64,000 bases of DNA from a virus (IMGVR_UViG_3300012983_000035:32001-96000); one strand, 5' to 3'; shown: positions 29,857-40,866, counted from the first letter of the stretch. A program made the numbers and translations. The notes: generated by a model not told the origin, from the letters alone.

Positions 29857-30027
29857 ATGGATGAAATTTATTGTGAACCTGATTTTGATAAAGCAAATGA
29901 AACGATAGCTGAAATTAGAGAAAGTATGTTGACTGATGAAGATAGAAAACGAATAGAGGAAAAACGAAACACATTTCTACAATCTTTAACAGATGATGAT
30001 CTTAGAGATATGGGTAACAATTATTAA
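29857..30027 (+). CDS. Small hypothetical protein (56 aa)
   Basis: AGGAGG SD before ATG 29857; preceded by terminator-like hairpin 29806-29837. Confidence 0.65.
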   Translation: MDEIYCEPDFDKANETIAEIRESMLTDEDRKRIEEKRNTFLQSLTDDDLRDMGNNY

Positions 30028-30076
30028 AAATCTATTATCTCTTTTACATTAAAATAGCCAATTTTATATTTAGATA

Positions 30077-30084
30077 TATATTAT
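30077..30084 (+). promoter_or_regulatory. Putative early promoter motif TATATTAT
   Basis: Also at 4348, 25519, 38899, 41495, 45500, 52464, 61156, each shortly upstream of an SD; resembles AR9/phiKZ early promoter consensus. Confidence 0.5.
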
Positions 30085-30110
30085 TTAGATGAATAATATG
30101 GAGGTAATTC

Positions 30111-32417
30111 ATGGTAACACAGCAACAACTTGAGGAGATTAATGCTGAGTATCCTAACGAAGATGCGTATAAAATAATGGGAGGGTTAAACTTATCTTTA
30201 CCACAGTTTCTTTCTGGAAACAGAGGAGTAATGGCAAATCAATTCTTTGAACACATGATCCCTTTAATTAATCCAGAAATAAACACGATGCCTACTGGTT
30301 TTGAAAAAGTGTATGGAAAATATACCGATTCATACAAGACAGCTGACGCTGATTACAAAGTATTAGCTGTTGTTCCAAAATTTTCTATAACTGGTAGATT
30401 CAAATATGTATATCTTTTGCAAAATATTTTGACAAAAGTTTATACTATTGTTGAAATGTCACACTACGAGTGTCTATCAGAAGATCAAGGATATCTTAGA
30501 CCATACACATCTGGTGACAATTATGTGCCAGGAGACACAATTAAGAAAGGTTCACTTCTTTATAAGAGCAATAATCATGATGAATATGGAAACTATAGAT
30601 ACGGGTTAAACTTAAATGCTTGTTTCATTTCATTGGCAGAAAATGAAGAAGATTCTATCATTATTTCTGATGAATGTTATGAAAGAGCATCGTTCTATAA
30701 TTTCAAACAAACTCCTATAGTTTTGAATAAGAATCAGAAATTGCTTAATTTATATGGTGATGATAAGTTTTACAAGTGTTTTCCTGATATTGGTGAACAC
30801 GTTAAAGACGGTATTCTTTATGCTAAAAGAAACGTCAATTATGACAATGCTGCTGCTGAATTAACTGACGCAGCATTAAGAAGAATAGTTTCATCCGATG
30901 AAGTGTGTAGAGGCGAAGGATATGTGGCCGATATAGATATCTTTATCAATGATGTTTCTGAGTTCGAAGATAGCGGATGTAATACCCAGTTATTGAAATA
31001 TTATTCCGCTTCTATGGAATATCATCAGAAAATATTTAATTTGTTAGATCCTATTGTAAATGCTAAAACGAACAATCATGTTCAATATACTCATGAATTA
31101 AGAGTAGCATACGATCATGCTGTAGTTTATCTTGATAAAAATCAAAATAGAAAATGGATAAACAACTCCAATTCAGAGTTTGAATTTGCATATATTGTTA
31201 TAACTACTTACGAAAAGAAAAGTGCATTCAATGGATTTAAGATGACAGACTTGTTCGGTGGAAAAGGTGTAGTATCTTGTATTTGGCCTAAGGAAAATAT
31301 GCCTAGAGACGAATACGGAAATGTTGCAGATATTATTCTATCTCCACCAGGTGTACCTGGTCGTGGAAATCCAGGTCAGTTATACATGTGTGAATATAAC
31401 TTTATTTCTGGTGAAGTATGTAAGAGAATTCAAAAACTTCCAACACTCCAACAGAAAATCAGCCTTTTAATAGAATTTGCCAATGATGTTAATCCTGAAG
31501 AAGGAGAGGCATTATACGCATTCTTATCACAAAAGACCGATGAAGAAAAGATGTATTTCTTTGAAGATATGTATAAGACTGGTCTGTTGGCTATTGAAAA
31601 GCCTTTTGGAGGAACAATTTCTCTTGAAAATCTAGATTATCTTTATACGAAATATAAAGTTAAACCTGGTAAAATCACAATGAAGAGAGAATTTAAAGAT
31701 CCTTTCACAGGTTTGAAAATAGATAATATGGATGCACCTGCTATAACAGGATCAATTTCTGGAAGTAGTAAAGAATTCTTAAAACCTATATCAGACGTAC
31801 TTGATAAAGGAGCTACACCTTATGACACAAATAAGAAAGAAAAATATGTGTTTAAGGAAAACGGTTTAGCACCTATGATGACCCAAGATGGTAGAATTGA
31901 ATATACTACTATTAATAATGAACGGGCAAATCTTGTACCAGTTAAAGCTGAAATAAATAAAGATGGATTCTTGGTTAGAACCTATCAAAGTGAGAAAAAT
32001 GTAATTATTGGTAAAAAATATTACGTTATTTTGAAACAGAATCCGGATGATAAATTTTCAGCAAGATCATTAGGTTCAACAAATCAAGTTGGTATTCCTA
32101 ATAAACCTAGTAAACAAGTTAATATGATGAGTCCATATTCTAAATCAGCAATTAGAAATGGTGAAATGGAATCAGACAATTTATTTACTCGATTGGATCC
32201 AGATATTGTTCATAGATATATGGCAACACATTCTACTAACCCATACATGATAGAGATGCTTGGTAAAATGTTGTTAACAAAAGATCCGCTCCAAGTACAT
32301 GATTTGGAATTGGACGATGATGAAATTTACGACGATGTTCCAGCCGTAATGTTTCACTCGTACCTTTATAGCATAGGTATAGAAATTCAACCTATATACA
32401 AAAAAGAGAAACTTTAA
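30111..32417 (+). CDS. rpoB: Phage multisubunit RNA polymerase beta-like subunit, C-terminal half
   Basis: NRGVM..., YGLNL, NEEDSIIIS, GFKMTDLFGGKGVVSCIWPKENMPRD...ADIILSPPGVPGRGNPGQ, KFSARS, RNGEME. Confidence 0.93.
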   Translation: MVTQQQLEEINAEYPNEDAYKIMGGLNLSLPQFLSGNRGVMANQFFEHMIPLINPEINTMPTGFEKVYGKYTDSYKTADADYKVLAVVPKFSITGRFKYVYLLQNILTKVYTIVEMSHYECLSEDQGYLRPYTSGDNYVPGDTIKKGSLLYKSNNHDEYGNYRYGLNLNACFISLAENEEDSIIISDECYERASFYNFKQTPIVLNKNQKLLNLYGDDKFYKCFPDIGEHVKDGILYAKRNVNYDNAAAELTDAALRRIVSSDEVCRGEGYVADIDIFINDVSEFEDSGCNTQLLKYYSASMEYHQKIFNLLDPIVNAKTNNHVQYTHELRVAYDHAVVYLDKNQNRKWINNSNSEFEFAYIVITTYEKKSAFNGFKMTDLFGGKGVVSCIWPKENMPRDEYGNVADIILSPPGVPGRGNPGQLYMCEYNFISGEVCKRIQKLPTLQQKISLLIEFANDVNPEEGEALYAFLSQKTDEEKMYFFEDMYKTGLLAIEKPFGGTISLENLDYLYTKYKVKPGKITMKREFKDPFTGLKIDNMDAPAITGSISGSSKEFLKPISDVLDKGATPYDTNKKEKYVFKENGLAPMMTQDGRIEYTTINNERANLVPVKAEINKDGFLVRTYQSEKNVIIGKKYYVILKQNPDDKFSARSLGSTNQVGIPNKPSKQVNMMSPYSKSAIRNGEMESDNLFTRLDPDIVHRYMATHSTNPYMIEMLGKMLLTKDPLQVHDLELDDDEIYDDVPAVMFHSYLYSIGIEIQPIYKKEKL

Positions 32418-32426
32418 GGAGTTAGC

Positions 32427-33101
32427 ATGTTTCAAAATCAAATTACTTCAGCAACAGAAATGTTGTTATCATTGAGAGAAAAAGACGACTTTAGAATCTC
32501 AATGTTCAAAGACGTTATGTTCTCAGATGACATTGGTGGACTTTGTGAAAACAGGGTATTCAAGGGCATTGGTAAAGACGATTCAGATGTAACTTTACCT
32601 AAAGCTAAACCTAATGATATTATGACATACATGATGGTATCTGATCAAAGTGCAATCAGAATGTCAATTGAAAATAATATCAGAAATATCCAGAATCTAA
32701 AAGCTGCCGGTAAGATGGAATCAGGATCCGACGTATGGGTTCTTTTGTTTGAAAATCCAAATGAAAAGGATGAAGATCAGAATATTAGAACATCTGTTTA
32801 TTGTAATCCTACATCTGAAGATTGTGGTTCTCTTATTAAAGGTGACCGTGAAGTATTAGCTTGCTTCTTTGTATCAATCTATTCTTTCAAACAAGCTGAT
32901 GGAAACAATAGATATTCTGCCGATTGGACGATGTTATCTCCTGGTGACCCATCATGCATCAATGAATATAATAAAACTATTGTTGAAGCCGAATGTAATG
33001 TGTTGAAAAACATGTTCTGGTTAGATTTCAATAAAGAATTCCAGAAACATTCTGAAGAGATAATGAACAAAGTTAATGTTGTAGCAGCTATCGATATGTA
33101 G
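32427..33101 (+). CDS. Hypothetical protein (224 aa)
   Basis: AAGGAG SD; followed by terminator TCTAGGAGG-tttat-CCTCCTAGA. Confidence 0.75.
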   Translation: MFQNQITSATEMLLSLREKDDFRISMFKDVMFSDDIGGLCENRVFKGIGKDDSDVTLPKAKPNDIMTYMMVSDQSAIRMSIENNIRNIQNLKAAGKMESGSDVWVLLFENPNEKDEDQNIRTSVYCNPTSEDCGSLIKGDREVLACFFVSIYSFKQADGNNRYSADWTMLSPGDPSCINEYNKTIVEAECNVLKNMFWLDFNKEFQKHSEEIMNKVNVVAAIDM

Positions 33102-33215
33102 TAAGTGTAATATCTAGGAGGTTTTATCCTCCTAGATTTTTTTATTATTTGTTCTATAAATATAATAAAAATGACATTAGAATGATTCAAATAGCTGTAA
33201 AAATGGAGTTTAATT

Positions 33216-34727
33216 ATGAATATTTATAATTCTGAAGATAAACTCGTTAAACGAATAGATTCAATAAGTGATGATATGGCTAGATTTATATCTAAAGAAG
33301 GTTGTAATCAGTTCCCGACAGTCTTATTTTTAATAAACAGAATGTTTGTAAGTGATGAAATAAACCTTATAACGGATCTTAATTTAGGTATAAAACTTAA
33401 AAAAGGCGATAATTACTATTGGTATAAATCTAGTAGTTTTTATGAGAATCTACAAGACGTAATAAAATATATTTTACCAAATACAAAACTGTTTGTTACT
33501 AAAACGTCACCTATTAGTGATATCAAACGTATCTTTAATATAGATGGTATAAAAAATTATTTTTTGACTAGCAATAAGTTGTATTATGGGTCTATTGATA
33601 ATTATTATGAGATACCATTTGGTTTTAATGATATTGGTGATATTTTAAATATATTTACTATAAAAGAGAACACAGATTGTATTCTAACTAAACACAATAT
33701 TTATTTTATAGATATATCAAATAAAACAGTTAGTAAAAAATATTCTGATGATTCTGTTACATTTAAAGATATATGTTATAGTGGAGATACTGTTGTTTTA
33801 GCAACAAGTAAAAGAGGTAAAGTTTTAACAGGTTTGTCCACAGGAAACTTAACATACGATTATGATTTAGAATATTATTTCAGTATTGTACCTAGTATTG
33901 ATCCAGATGGATTAGACATAAGTACTACTAATACAAATGGTATGCCGCCTGATGAAAATGTTGATAGATGTTTTATTTCTGGTGATTACATATATATCGG
34001 TAATTCAACCACAATAGCAAAATTTAAATTAGGTGAATCTTCGGATTATGGGGTTAAAGCAGATGTAAACGTTGATTTACATAGATGTAAAGGAAATAGC
34101 GAGATTATCTGTAAATCTGTTATATCCGTTACACCTTCTATACCTATTGTACCTGGTGAAAATATACAAATTAAATCGACATATACATTTAAAGGTAAAA
34201 CTATAACCACGATCGATAAAACTTATACTGATTTATTAGTGGAAGATGATGCAATTTTTGCTATATCTGGTTCAACAATAGATTGTTATAATAATGGTGG
34301 AACAACACCATTGTTTACATTTAATACATCAAATGGTTTTGATTCTATAAAAGATTTGGCATTTGATATAAATGACAATATCATTATTTTATCAAATTCT
34401 AATAAATTGTATGAGACTATTAAAATAAACGATGCTGCTTATCCTATAAAGTTTTTACCTATAAAGTTCATATTTGATGAAGATAAAGATACTAAAGTTT
34501 TGAATTGTGAAAACAAGACATTGTCTATTAGAGAAATGATATTGTGCTCACTTTCATCAACAAAATATGATTCTGTATTGGGTAAATCTAATGGACAAAA
34601 AGCTACGTTCATGTGTATATACGTAAAGAAATCAAACGTACAAACTTTCATCTATTTTGGTAACGATAATCGTCAAGAGAAAGCGATTGCTGTTAAAAAA
34701 TGCTGTGATGCGTTTGATATAGGGTAA
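33216..34727 (+). CDS. Probable virion protein, beta-propeller-like
   Basis: Late motif GACA-N6-TG at 33173; beta-rich repeats. Confidence 0.55.
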   Translation: MNIYNSEDKLVKRIDSISDDMARFISKEGCNQFPTVLFLINRMFVSDEINLITDLNLGIKLKKGDNYYWYKSSSFYENLQDVIKYILPNTKLFVTKTSPISDIKRIFNIDGIKNYFLTSNKLYYGSIDNYYEIPFGFNDIGDILNIFTIKENTDCILTKHNIYFIDISNKTVSKKYSDDSVTFKDICYSGDTVVLATSKRGKVLTGLSTGNLTYDYDLEYYFSIVPSIDPDGLDISTTNTNGMPPDENVDRCFISGDYIYIGNSTTIAKFKLGESSDYGVKADVNVDLHRCKGNSEIICKSVISVTPSIPIVPGENIQIKSTYTFKGKTITTIDKTYTDLLVEDDAIFAISGSTIDCYNNGGTTPLFTFNTSNGFDSIKDLAFDINDNIIILSNSNKLYETIKINDAAYPIKFLPIKFIFDEDKDTKVLNCENKTLSIREMILCSLSSTKYDSVLGKSNGQKATFMCIYVKKSNVQTFIYFGNDNRQEKAIAVKKCCDAFDIG

Positions 34728-34731
34728 CAAT

Positions 34732-35421
34732 ATGAAAGGTGATGTATCTAAAACAGACCTATTGAATCTAAATAGTGTCGAAAAAGATAATGGAAATATT
34801 GTAGTTGGACGTACAGGGTATGAGAAATTTATACATCTTCCTTTAAATAAAAAGGATAAATATTTTATGAATCCGGTAGATTTTATAAAATTTATAAAAG
34901 ATGTAGAATCTTTAGTTAGGAAATCTAAAGAGTATTCTCGATATATTGCTTATCTAAAAAACGAAGTAGGTTTGCGAAGTTGTGCATTGTTTCACAATAT
35001 AGATGATAGTGTTGCTCCAATTGAAATGCATCACGGTCCTATTTTTACATTGTACGACATATCTGAGATACAGATTGCACACATGTTCGTTCACGGCGAA
35101 GCAATAAATTCAATGTCTGTTGCAAATAATGTGTTGAAAGACCATTTTGATAATATAATCCAAGTAACGATGCTTTGTGAAATGGCACATAAAGGTGTCC
35201 ACAGTTTTGCTAAAACTAAAGATTCAAAATTCTTTCTATCTGCTGACGGTTCATTTGGAGATTTTAGAAAATTTGTTGAAAAATATAAAGATTCTTTAAC
35301 GGTTCAACATGTTGCTAAAATAAAGAACTATTTTAAATTGTATAATGAATATTCTGAAACTAAAAATAGTTCACCAATGTTTGAGGCAGTTATGACAATG
35401 TGGCAAGATAAATTTAAATAG
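34732..35421 (+). CDS. Jumbo-phage HNH-like protein (paralog of 26826-27575)
   Basis: RKSKEYSRYIAYLK...IEMHHGPIFTLYD...LCEMAHKGVH. Confidence 0.65.
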   Translation: MKGDVSKTDLLNLNSVEKDNGNIVVGRTGYEKFIHLPLNKKDKYFMNPVDFIKFIKDVESLVRKSKEYSRYIAYLKNEVGLRSCALFHNIDDSVAPIEMHHGPIFTLYDISEIQIAHMFVHGEAINSMSVANNVLKDHFDNIIQVTMLCEMAHKGVHSFAKTKDSKFFLSADGSFGDFRKFVEKYKDSLTVQHVAKIKNYFKLYNEYSETKNSSPMFEAVMTMWQDKFK

Positions 35422-35436
35422 AATTAGGAGAGTAAA

Positions 35437-37941
35437 ATGAATATAGAATCAGTATTGCTTTCCAAAAATAGAGATGCTTTTAATCGTGTTATTGATATTA
35501 TGAGAAGTTTGATTGTAAAGAATGAAGCTGAGGCTGAAGCTGCTGAAAGTGTAGAAACTGCTGATGCTTATGATAGATATTCTTATGCAGTAGAAGGTAC
35601 AGATTCTGTACTAGATTACAATTTAAGTATAACTGATTTACTTGAAGCCGGATTTACAGAATCCAGTGCAAAAGAATATATGGTTTATCCTAAGAAACTT
35701 CAAACTTTATTAATGTATAATAACGATAATGCTAAAGCTTTGATATCTAAAAAAAGAAAAGAAAGAATAGATGCTTATGTTGAAAATAATGTTTATTATA
35801 GACCATTCTGCGGATTGCCACAAGATGAAAGTCAATATATACCAATAACAAATAGTGACAAAGTATCTGATAGTGATCCTGACATTATATATTTGCATGA
35901 AGTGAATTATGTGTCTTATCCTAAAACATATAACCGTCTGTTCTACGAACGAGATATCGATAAAGTATATGAAGATTTTGATTATTTGTATCTTACGTTT
36001 TTGGAATCTCCTATGAAACCATATGAGATTAGAAATAAGAAACAATTTGACATATGTTATTATGATAAGAACGCGTTGAATGCTAATGAATATGATTATT
36101 TTTTCGAAGCATATAATATAGCTAGAAATGAAATAATGTCGTTAGATTATATATCGGCTTTTGAGAAAACATATTCTGCATATTCGAATACGATGTTTAT
36201 GTTTATATTATATTACACGTTCAATCTTTATTGTGCAAAATCTATGGAAAGATATTCTGTCAGAGATTACACAGATGATGAGATATATGATATATTGGAT
36301 TCAAATGGATTAAGTAAACTTAAAACTCTTGATATGGGTTTATTGAAACGTGTAGTTAAGAATCTACCTAATATTAAAGCAAATATAGGTACTAATAAAA
36401 TTATTGATATTATCTTTGATATAGTTGCAGATAAAACATTGACTGTAAAACGATATTATTTGCAAAAGAAATATAATATAGACGCATTAGGTAACACTGT
36501 TGTGTTTAAAGATAATGGTTTATATTCCAATCAAGTTGATTTAATCTTCCAAGAAAAAACGATTAAACAAGGTGATAACGCTACATTTACCCAAGATGGT
36601 CAATATGATTACATGGATATTGTAATACAAGATGATACTTGGGGAGCAACACATGATATCACTATAGATCAGAAGGAAAAGATTAAGACAGAGATGAAAA
36701 AGCAATTACTTGAGGCAGATTTTTCAAGTATTATGACTAAATACATAGGTATAAGTAAAATTATAGATATGTATGTTAAAACCATTGATGCTAATGATAA
36801 ATTAGGGATCTTATATCAGTTGAATGATCTTCGTGGAAATTTTTTAAAAGACGATATGGTTCTATATAATGGTACGGAAGTTCATGCTTTGTCCATATAT
36901 GCTGCTTGGTGTTTAATGTATGGGACATTAAACGGGTTAACTGACCCGGATTATATAATAAAAAATGTAAGCACTATTGAAGGTATAATGAAACTTAGAC
37001 GAAATAGTGATATACCTAATGAAGTTGATAGGATGCGAGATACAGTTATTGATCTTGGAAACGGATACAACAAAACTTTAGGAGATTATCTTAGTGATAA
37101 AGAAATATCAGAATATTTAGTAGGTTTCAATTTTGATGCTACTACTCCTATAGAAGACATTGTGTCGCAATATGATGAAAATTATGAAATAATAGAACGA
37201 ATAAAGAACAACTTGAATAAGCAGTCTAATTATGATGAATATGTTGTGTGGGAAACAATACTTAAAGCAAACAACACAAGTGCAAATATAAATGCTTTAT
37301 TTGGTGGTTTTAATACTTATTCTTCATATATAAGAACTTATGATCCGGAGTTCTATAAATATATAGAATCTATATCATCAGGTGTTGAAAGAGATACATT
37401 GGTGACTGTTGTAAAAACATTGAAAGATTCTTTTTCAGGGTATATTAGAGAAAAATCTAATTCTACGATAGATATGATCATTGATGAAGAAGATGCCGCA
37501 GGCGAGCAGAGTCTTGAAGATATAAGTATCTTATTAAATCAGTTTATGTCTTGTTATGACCAACTGTTATCACAAGAGTTTCATGTAGGGTATGATGATC
37601 CTGATGAAAACTCGTTAGTTTTATTATATGCTTCATTTAGAGATATATTTATTTTATCTTCCTCAGAATTTTTAGAATTGAAAGATTCTATTATTTTGGA
37701 CAAAATTAAAACATTTGTTGATGAAGATTATTTGGAATTAATTCATAAAATCACTGATAACATTAGTGATGAGAAATATGAAGATCTTTCTTTGGATTAC
37801 GAATTTATATCAGACTTCATGAAAGAAATCTTCAGAGAATATATAGAAATATATTATATCAAACAAAGAGATATAATCAAATCTAAACCAAGTTGTAAAC
37901 TTGTTCTTGAACACGAAATTGTTAATATAGAGGAGTTATAA
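35437..37941 (+). CDS. Large virion structural protein (baseplate-like)
   Basis: 834 aa; YVENNVYYR..CGLP motif recalled from jumbo-phage structural proteins; abuts next gene. Confidence 0.6.
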   Translation: MNIESVLLSKNRDAFNRVIDIMRSLIVKNEAEAEAAESVETADAYDRYSYAVEGTDSVLDYNLSITDLLEAGFTESSAKEYMVYPKKLQTLLMYNNDNAKALISKKRKERIDAYVENNVYYRPFCGLPQDESQYIPITNSDKVSDSDPDIIYLHEVNYVSYPKTYNRLFYERDIDKVYEDFDYLYLTFLESPMKPYEIRNKKQFDICYYDKNALNANEYDYFFEAYNIARNEIMSLDYISAFEKTYSAYSNTMFMFILYYTFNLYCAKSMERYSVRDYTDDEIYDILDSNGLSKLKTLDMGLLKRVVKNLPNIKANIGTNKIIDIIFDIVADKTLTVKRYYLQKKYNIDALGNTVVFKDNGLYSNQVDLIFQEKTIKQGDNATFTQDGQYDYMDIVIQDDTWGATHDITIDQKEKIKTEMKKQLLEADFSSIMTKYIGISKIIDMYVKTIDANDKLGILYQLNDLRGNFLKDDMVLYNGTEVHALSIYAAWCLMYGTLNGLTDPDYIIKNVSTIEGIMKLRRNSDIPNEVDRMRDTVIDLGNGYNKTLGDYLSDKEISEYLVGFNFDATTPIEDIVSQYDENYEIIERIKNNLNKQSNYDEYVVWETILKANNTSANINALFGGFNTYSSYIRTYDPEFYKYIESISSGVERDTLVTVVKTLKDSFSGYIREKSNSTIDMIIDEEDAAGEQSLEDISILLNQFMSCYDQLLSQEFHVGYDDPDENSLVLLYASFRDIFILSSSEFLELKDSIILDKIKTFVDEDYLELIHKITDNISDEKYEDLSLDYEFISDFMKEIFREYIEIYYIKQRDIIKSKPSCKLVLEHEIVNIEEL

Positions 37942-38835
37942 ATGAAACATACTATACCGTTAGATAATGATAAAAATGTACAGCGTTCTTTTTACGAAGA
38001 TGGATTTAGTGTAGAAGATCTTTGTTCATGCGGTACAAAAACAAGAGTTATGATCAAAGATTCTAAAACAGGAAAAGTATTGTTCGATGGTCACAATACC
38101 ACTGTTCTAGGTGGTCGTTTGCACCTTCTAGAAAAATCATTTGGTATTACACCTGATATTACACAACATCTTACATTGAATACTATTATGGGTATTGAAC
38201 ATTCTGAAACAAATAGAGTTTTCCAGAATAAGATCGATAGAGATGCTATTTACTTTATGGCTGGAAAGGGAGCTTCATCAGTTGCTGTTCCAGGTAAAGT
38301 TTTCTCTCCTAAAAATTATGAAACAAAACTTTATGATGCTATTCCATTCCGTATGGTACCAGTATCAAATGACTTGTCGGCATCCGAACAAGAACAATAT
38401 CGTTTGAGAAAGATTGTTTCTTATGGTGGAGTAGATTATGCTGCATATTATGCTAAGAAATTTGATGCTGGTGTAATTAACCTAGAATACAATGATGCAG
38501 CTTATTCTCCACTTGAATCAGATACTGTTCCTGTAGATGAAAACGATTCTTCACATAGACTTGCTGGTGGATCAGTGTTAGCTTATATCCAGTTTACATT
38601 GACTATTACTGAAGAAGAACTTAAAGAATATTTCCGTATTACTAATGGTTCTCTTTCTGGAGCAGTAATGAATGAAATTGGTTTGGTTCTTGGTGCTGAT
38701 CTCGCAAATACTCTTGACAATGGTAGAAAAGAATTAAGTAATGCTGAATTATTTGCTAAAATTGTTTCTTCTAACGTAGCAATGGATTCAGATTCTGTTT
38801 CTCGTATCGTTGAATATCGTGTATATGCTCGATAA
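37942..38835 (+). CDS. phiKZ-like virion structural protein
   Basis: IPFRMVPVSNDLSASEQEQYRLRK...YAAYYAKKFD matches a pattern of phiKZ-family virion proteins; terminator at 38848-38873. Confidence 0.7.
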   Translation: MKHTIPLDNDKNVQRSFYEDGFSVEDLCSCGTKTRVMIKDSKTGKVLFDGHNTTVLGGRLHLLEKSFGITPDITQHLTLNTIMGIEHSETNRVFQNKIDRDAIYFMAGKGASSVAVPGKVFSPKNYETKLYDAIPFRMVPVSNDLSASEQEQYRLRKIVSYGGVDYAAYYAKKFDAGVINLEYNDAAYSPLESDTVPVDENDSSHRLAGGSVLAYIQFTLTITEEELKEYFRITNGSLSGAVMNEIGLVLGADLANTLDNGRKELSNAELFAKIVSSNVAMDSDSVSRIVEYRVYAR

Positions 38836-38920
38836 TAATTAAACAATGTAACACAGGTTAAATCCTGTGTTACATATTTTAGTATTATTTTTATTACATA
38901 TATTATGAAGGAGTTTAAAA

Positions 38921-39550
38921 ATGAATATACTTGAAAAAATAGAATCTAGACAATTTAATCCTGGTGATTATGTTGCACATTTCAAACACATTAATTTATC
39001 GGATAATAACGATAACCCTATGAAATATCTATATCAGGTAGAAACTATAGCTAGAGATTGTGACAATCCTAATAAAGCTATTGTGATATATCGACAACTG
39101 TATTCGGAAGGCGATTTAAAAGAAGGAACTGTATGGGCTAGACCTTATAAAGATTTTGTATCAGAAATATCACCATATAAATATTTTGACAATGTTGTAA
39201 GTAAATATGGATGTAAGGTTAAAGTTTTTGTAGGGGTTGATACAGATGATAAAAATGTATTATCTAGTTATCCTAATCGATATGTTTTGGTTGAAAATGG
39301 CACTCATATATTTGTGTATTCTGATATTTTTCTGGATTTTACACAAATTGAAATGTGCATTAGAAGACACATTGTTAAAGATGAAGAGTTTGCTGAAAGT
39401 AGGATTAAATCATATCATGATCTTTTTAAGAACTTTTCAACACAATATAGATTTAGAAAAGTTTCTAGCAATTATGTTAAACGGTGTAGTGAACTAGTGT
39501 TCGCTTTACAAGAAGCTAAATTATTGACTGAATTTGATAAAACGGAATAA
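38921..39550 (+). CDS. DUF1653-family protein with internal insertion
   Basis: PGDYVAHFK, YQV..IA, VIYRQLY, WARPYKDFVSEI; terminal QYRF displaced by ~90 aa. Confidence 0.75.
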   Translation: MNILEKIESRQFNPGDYVAHFKHINLSDNNDNPMKYLYQVETIARDCDNPNKAIVIYRQLYSEGDLKEGTVWARPYKDFVSEISPYKYFDNVVSKYGCKVKVFVGVDTDDKNVLSSYPNRYVLVENGTHIFVYSDIFLDFTQIEMCIRRHIVKDEEFAESRIKSYHDLFKNFSTQYRFRKVSSNYVKRCSELVFALQEAKLLTEFDKTE

Positions 39551-39683
39551 CTTATAGCACGGGTAAAATGCCCGTGTTTTTTTTCATTTAAACTAAAAAA
39601 TAAACTAGTTAATATATATGTGATAGAAAGGTATAAAGATCTTTCTTAAATTAATATAATAATTGGCTGTGGGAGGTCCAACA

Positions 39684-40034
39684 ATGAAAAAGAACGATAA
39701 GCTTTTTCTAATGATTGCAGCAGTTGTAGCTGTAATCCTAGTATGTTTTGCACTTGTTAAGGGGTGCGAAAATGTAACAACTTGCTACGAAATGCGAGAC
39801 GACAAAATGAGTCTCGTTAGAGGAGTAAGGGAAGGTCTCTATAGAGACGGAGATTATAAATGCGTCGAAAAAGATGCATATATGGTAGAATTGTTCCCAT
39901 ATGGATGTGTGGACAAGAATGATAAAGGGATTTATGATTATATGGTGGAATCTGATCGTTTGATCAAAGTCACCTGGTATAATGATAGTAGAACAGAAGT
40001 AAAATATACAGAATACTTCTCAGTATATTATTAA
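39684..40034 (+). CDS. Membrane-anchored/possible lipoprotein (116 aa)
   Basis: GGGAGG SD; basic N-terminus, hydrophobic stretch, LVKG-C. Confidence 0.7.
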   Translation: MKKNDKLFLMIAAVVAVILVCFALVKGCENVTTCYEMRDDKMSLVRGVREGLYRDGDYKCVEKDAYMVELFPYGCVDKNDKGIYDYMVESDRLIKVTWYNDSRTEVKYTEYFSVYY

Positions 40035-40131
40035 TAGAATTATAACTGGTTGGAAAGGATTCTGACCAGTTATTTTTTCTTCAAAAACATCATATTGTAT
40101 TATTGTATAAAAGTATTAGGAGGAATTTAAT

Positions 40132-40866
40132 ATGGGAAAGAAATATATTTATACACATTGTAATTCCAATAGAAATGAGTTCTATACACAAGTAAATAAT
40201 GAGAGAGATCCTTATATTAATTGTTTTCCAACCAGTATGATAAATTGGGCTAAAGTCAATAAAATAAAATTACCTGATCCAATGGATTCTTCTAAATCTG
40301 GTGGATATAAACAACCAGAGGATCAGTTTGATTGGTTTATGCATAATAATGAAGAAGTTATGGCATATGTTAATAATCTTAGATCTAGTACTCCTTGGAT
40401 TAGAGAATACATTGATCATAATGGTGGAGATATTAGGGAACTTTGGGATGTTGAGGTATACGCTTTTAATAAATGGGTAGGCAAAGATGTAGCTAAAGTG
40501 AATTATAATCTATCTGTTAAAGATATTCTATATGAAATTCAACGAGGTAGAGCAATAGTTACTAGTGGACGTTTTTGTGAATTTTCACATGCTATAACTA
40601 TAGTTGGTTTTAAAGCTGAATTTGAATCTGTTGTCGCTGATAAAAATATAGATTTAATTGGCGACAATCTCTCATATGAAGTAGATGATAATAGAATAGT
40701 TTTAAAAGAGTTTATACATCTCGATTCATACGGTAATCCAAATAAAAACTATAAACCAATTGGTGTAGATGGTTTTGATGTAATTATGGATAAAGAAAAG
40801 TTTTTATCTTGCATAAATAAAGGTGATTCTGAAAAACCAATTTATTATGGAATAGTTCTTTTATAA
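40132..40866 (+). CDS. Papain-fold (C39-like) cysteine peptidase; endolysin candidate
   Basis: YTQ.NN...CFPTSMIN, SHAITIVG, HLDSYG; no signal peptide; late motif AACA-N6-TG at 40086. Confidence 0.7.
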   Translation: MGKKYIYTHCNSNRNEFYTQVNNERDPYINCFPTSMINWAKVNKIKLPDPMDSSKSGGYKQPEDQFDWFMHNNEEVMAYVNNLRSSTPWIREYIDHNGGDIRELWDVEVYAFNKWVGKDVAKVNYNLSVKDILYEIQRGRAIVTSGRFCEFSHAITIVGFKAEFESVVADKNIDLIGDNLSYEVDDNRIVLKEFIHLDSYGNPNKNYKPIGVDGFDVIMDKEKFLSCINKGDSEKPIYYGIVLL

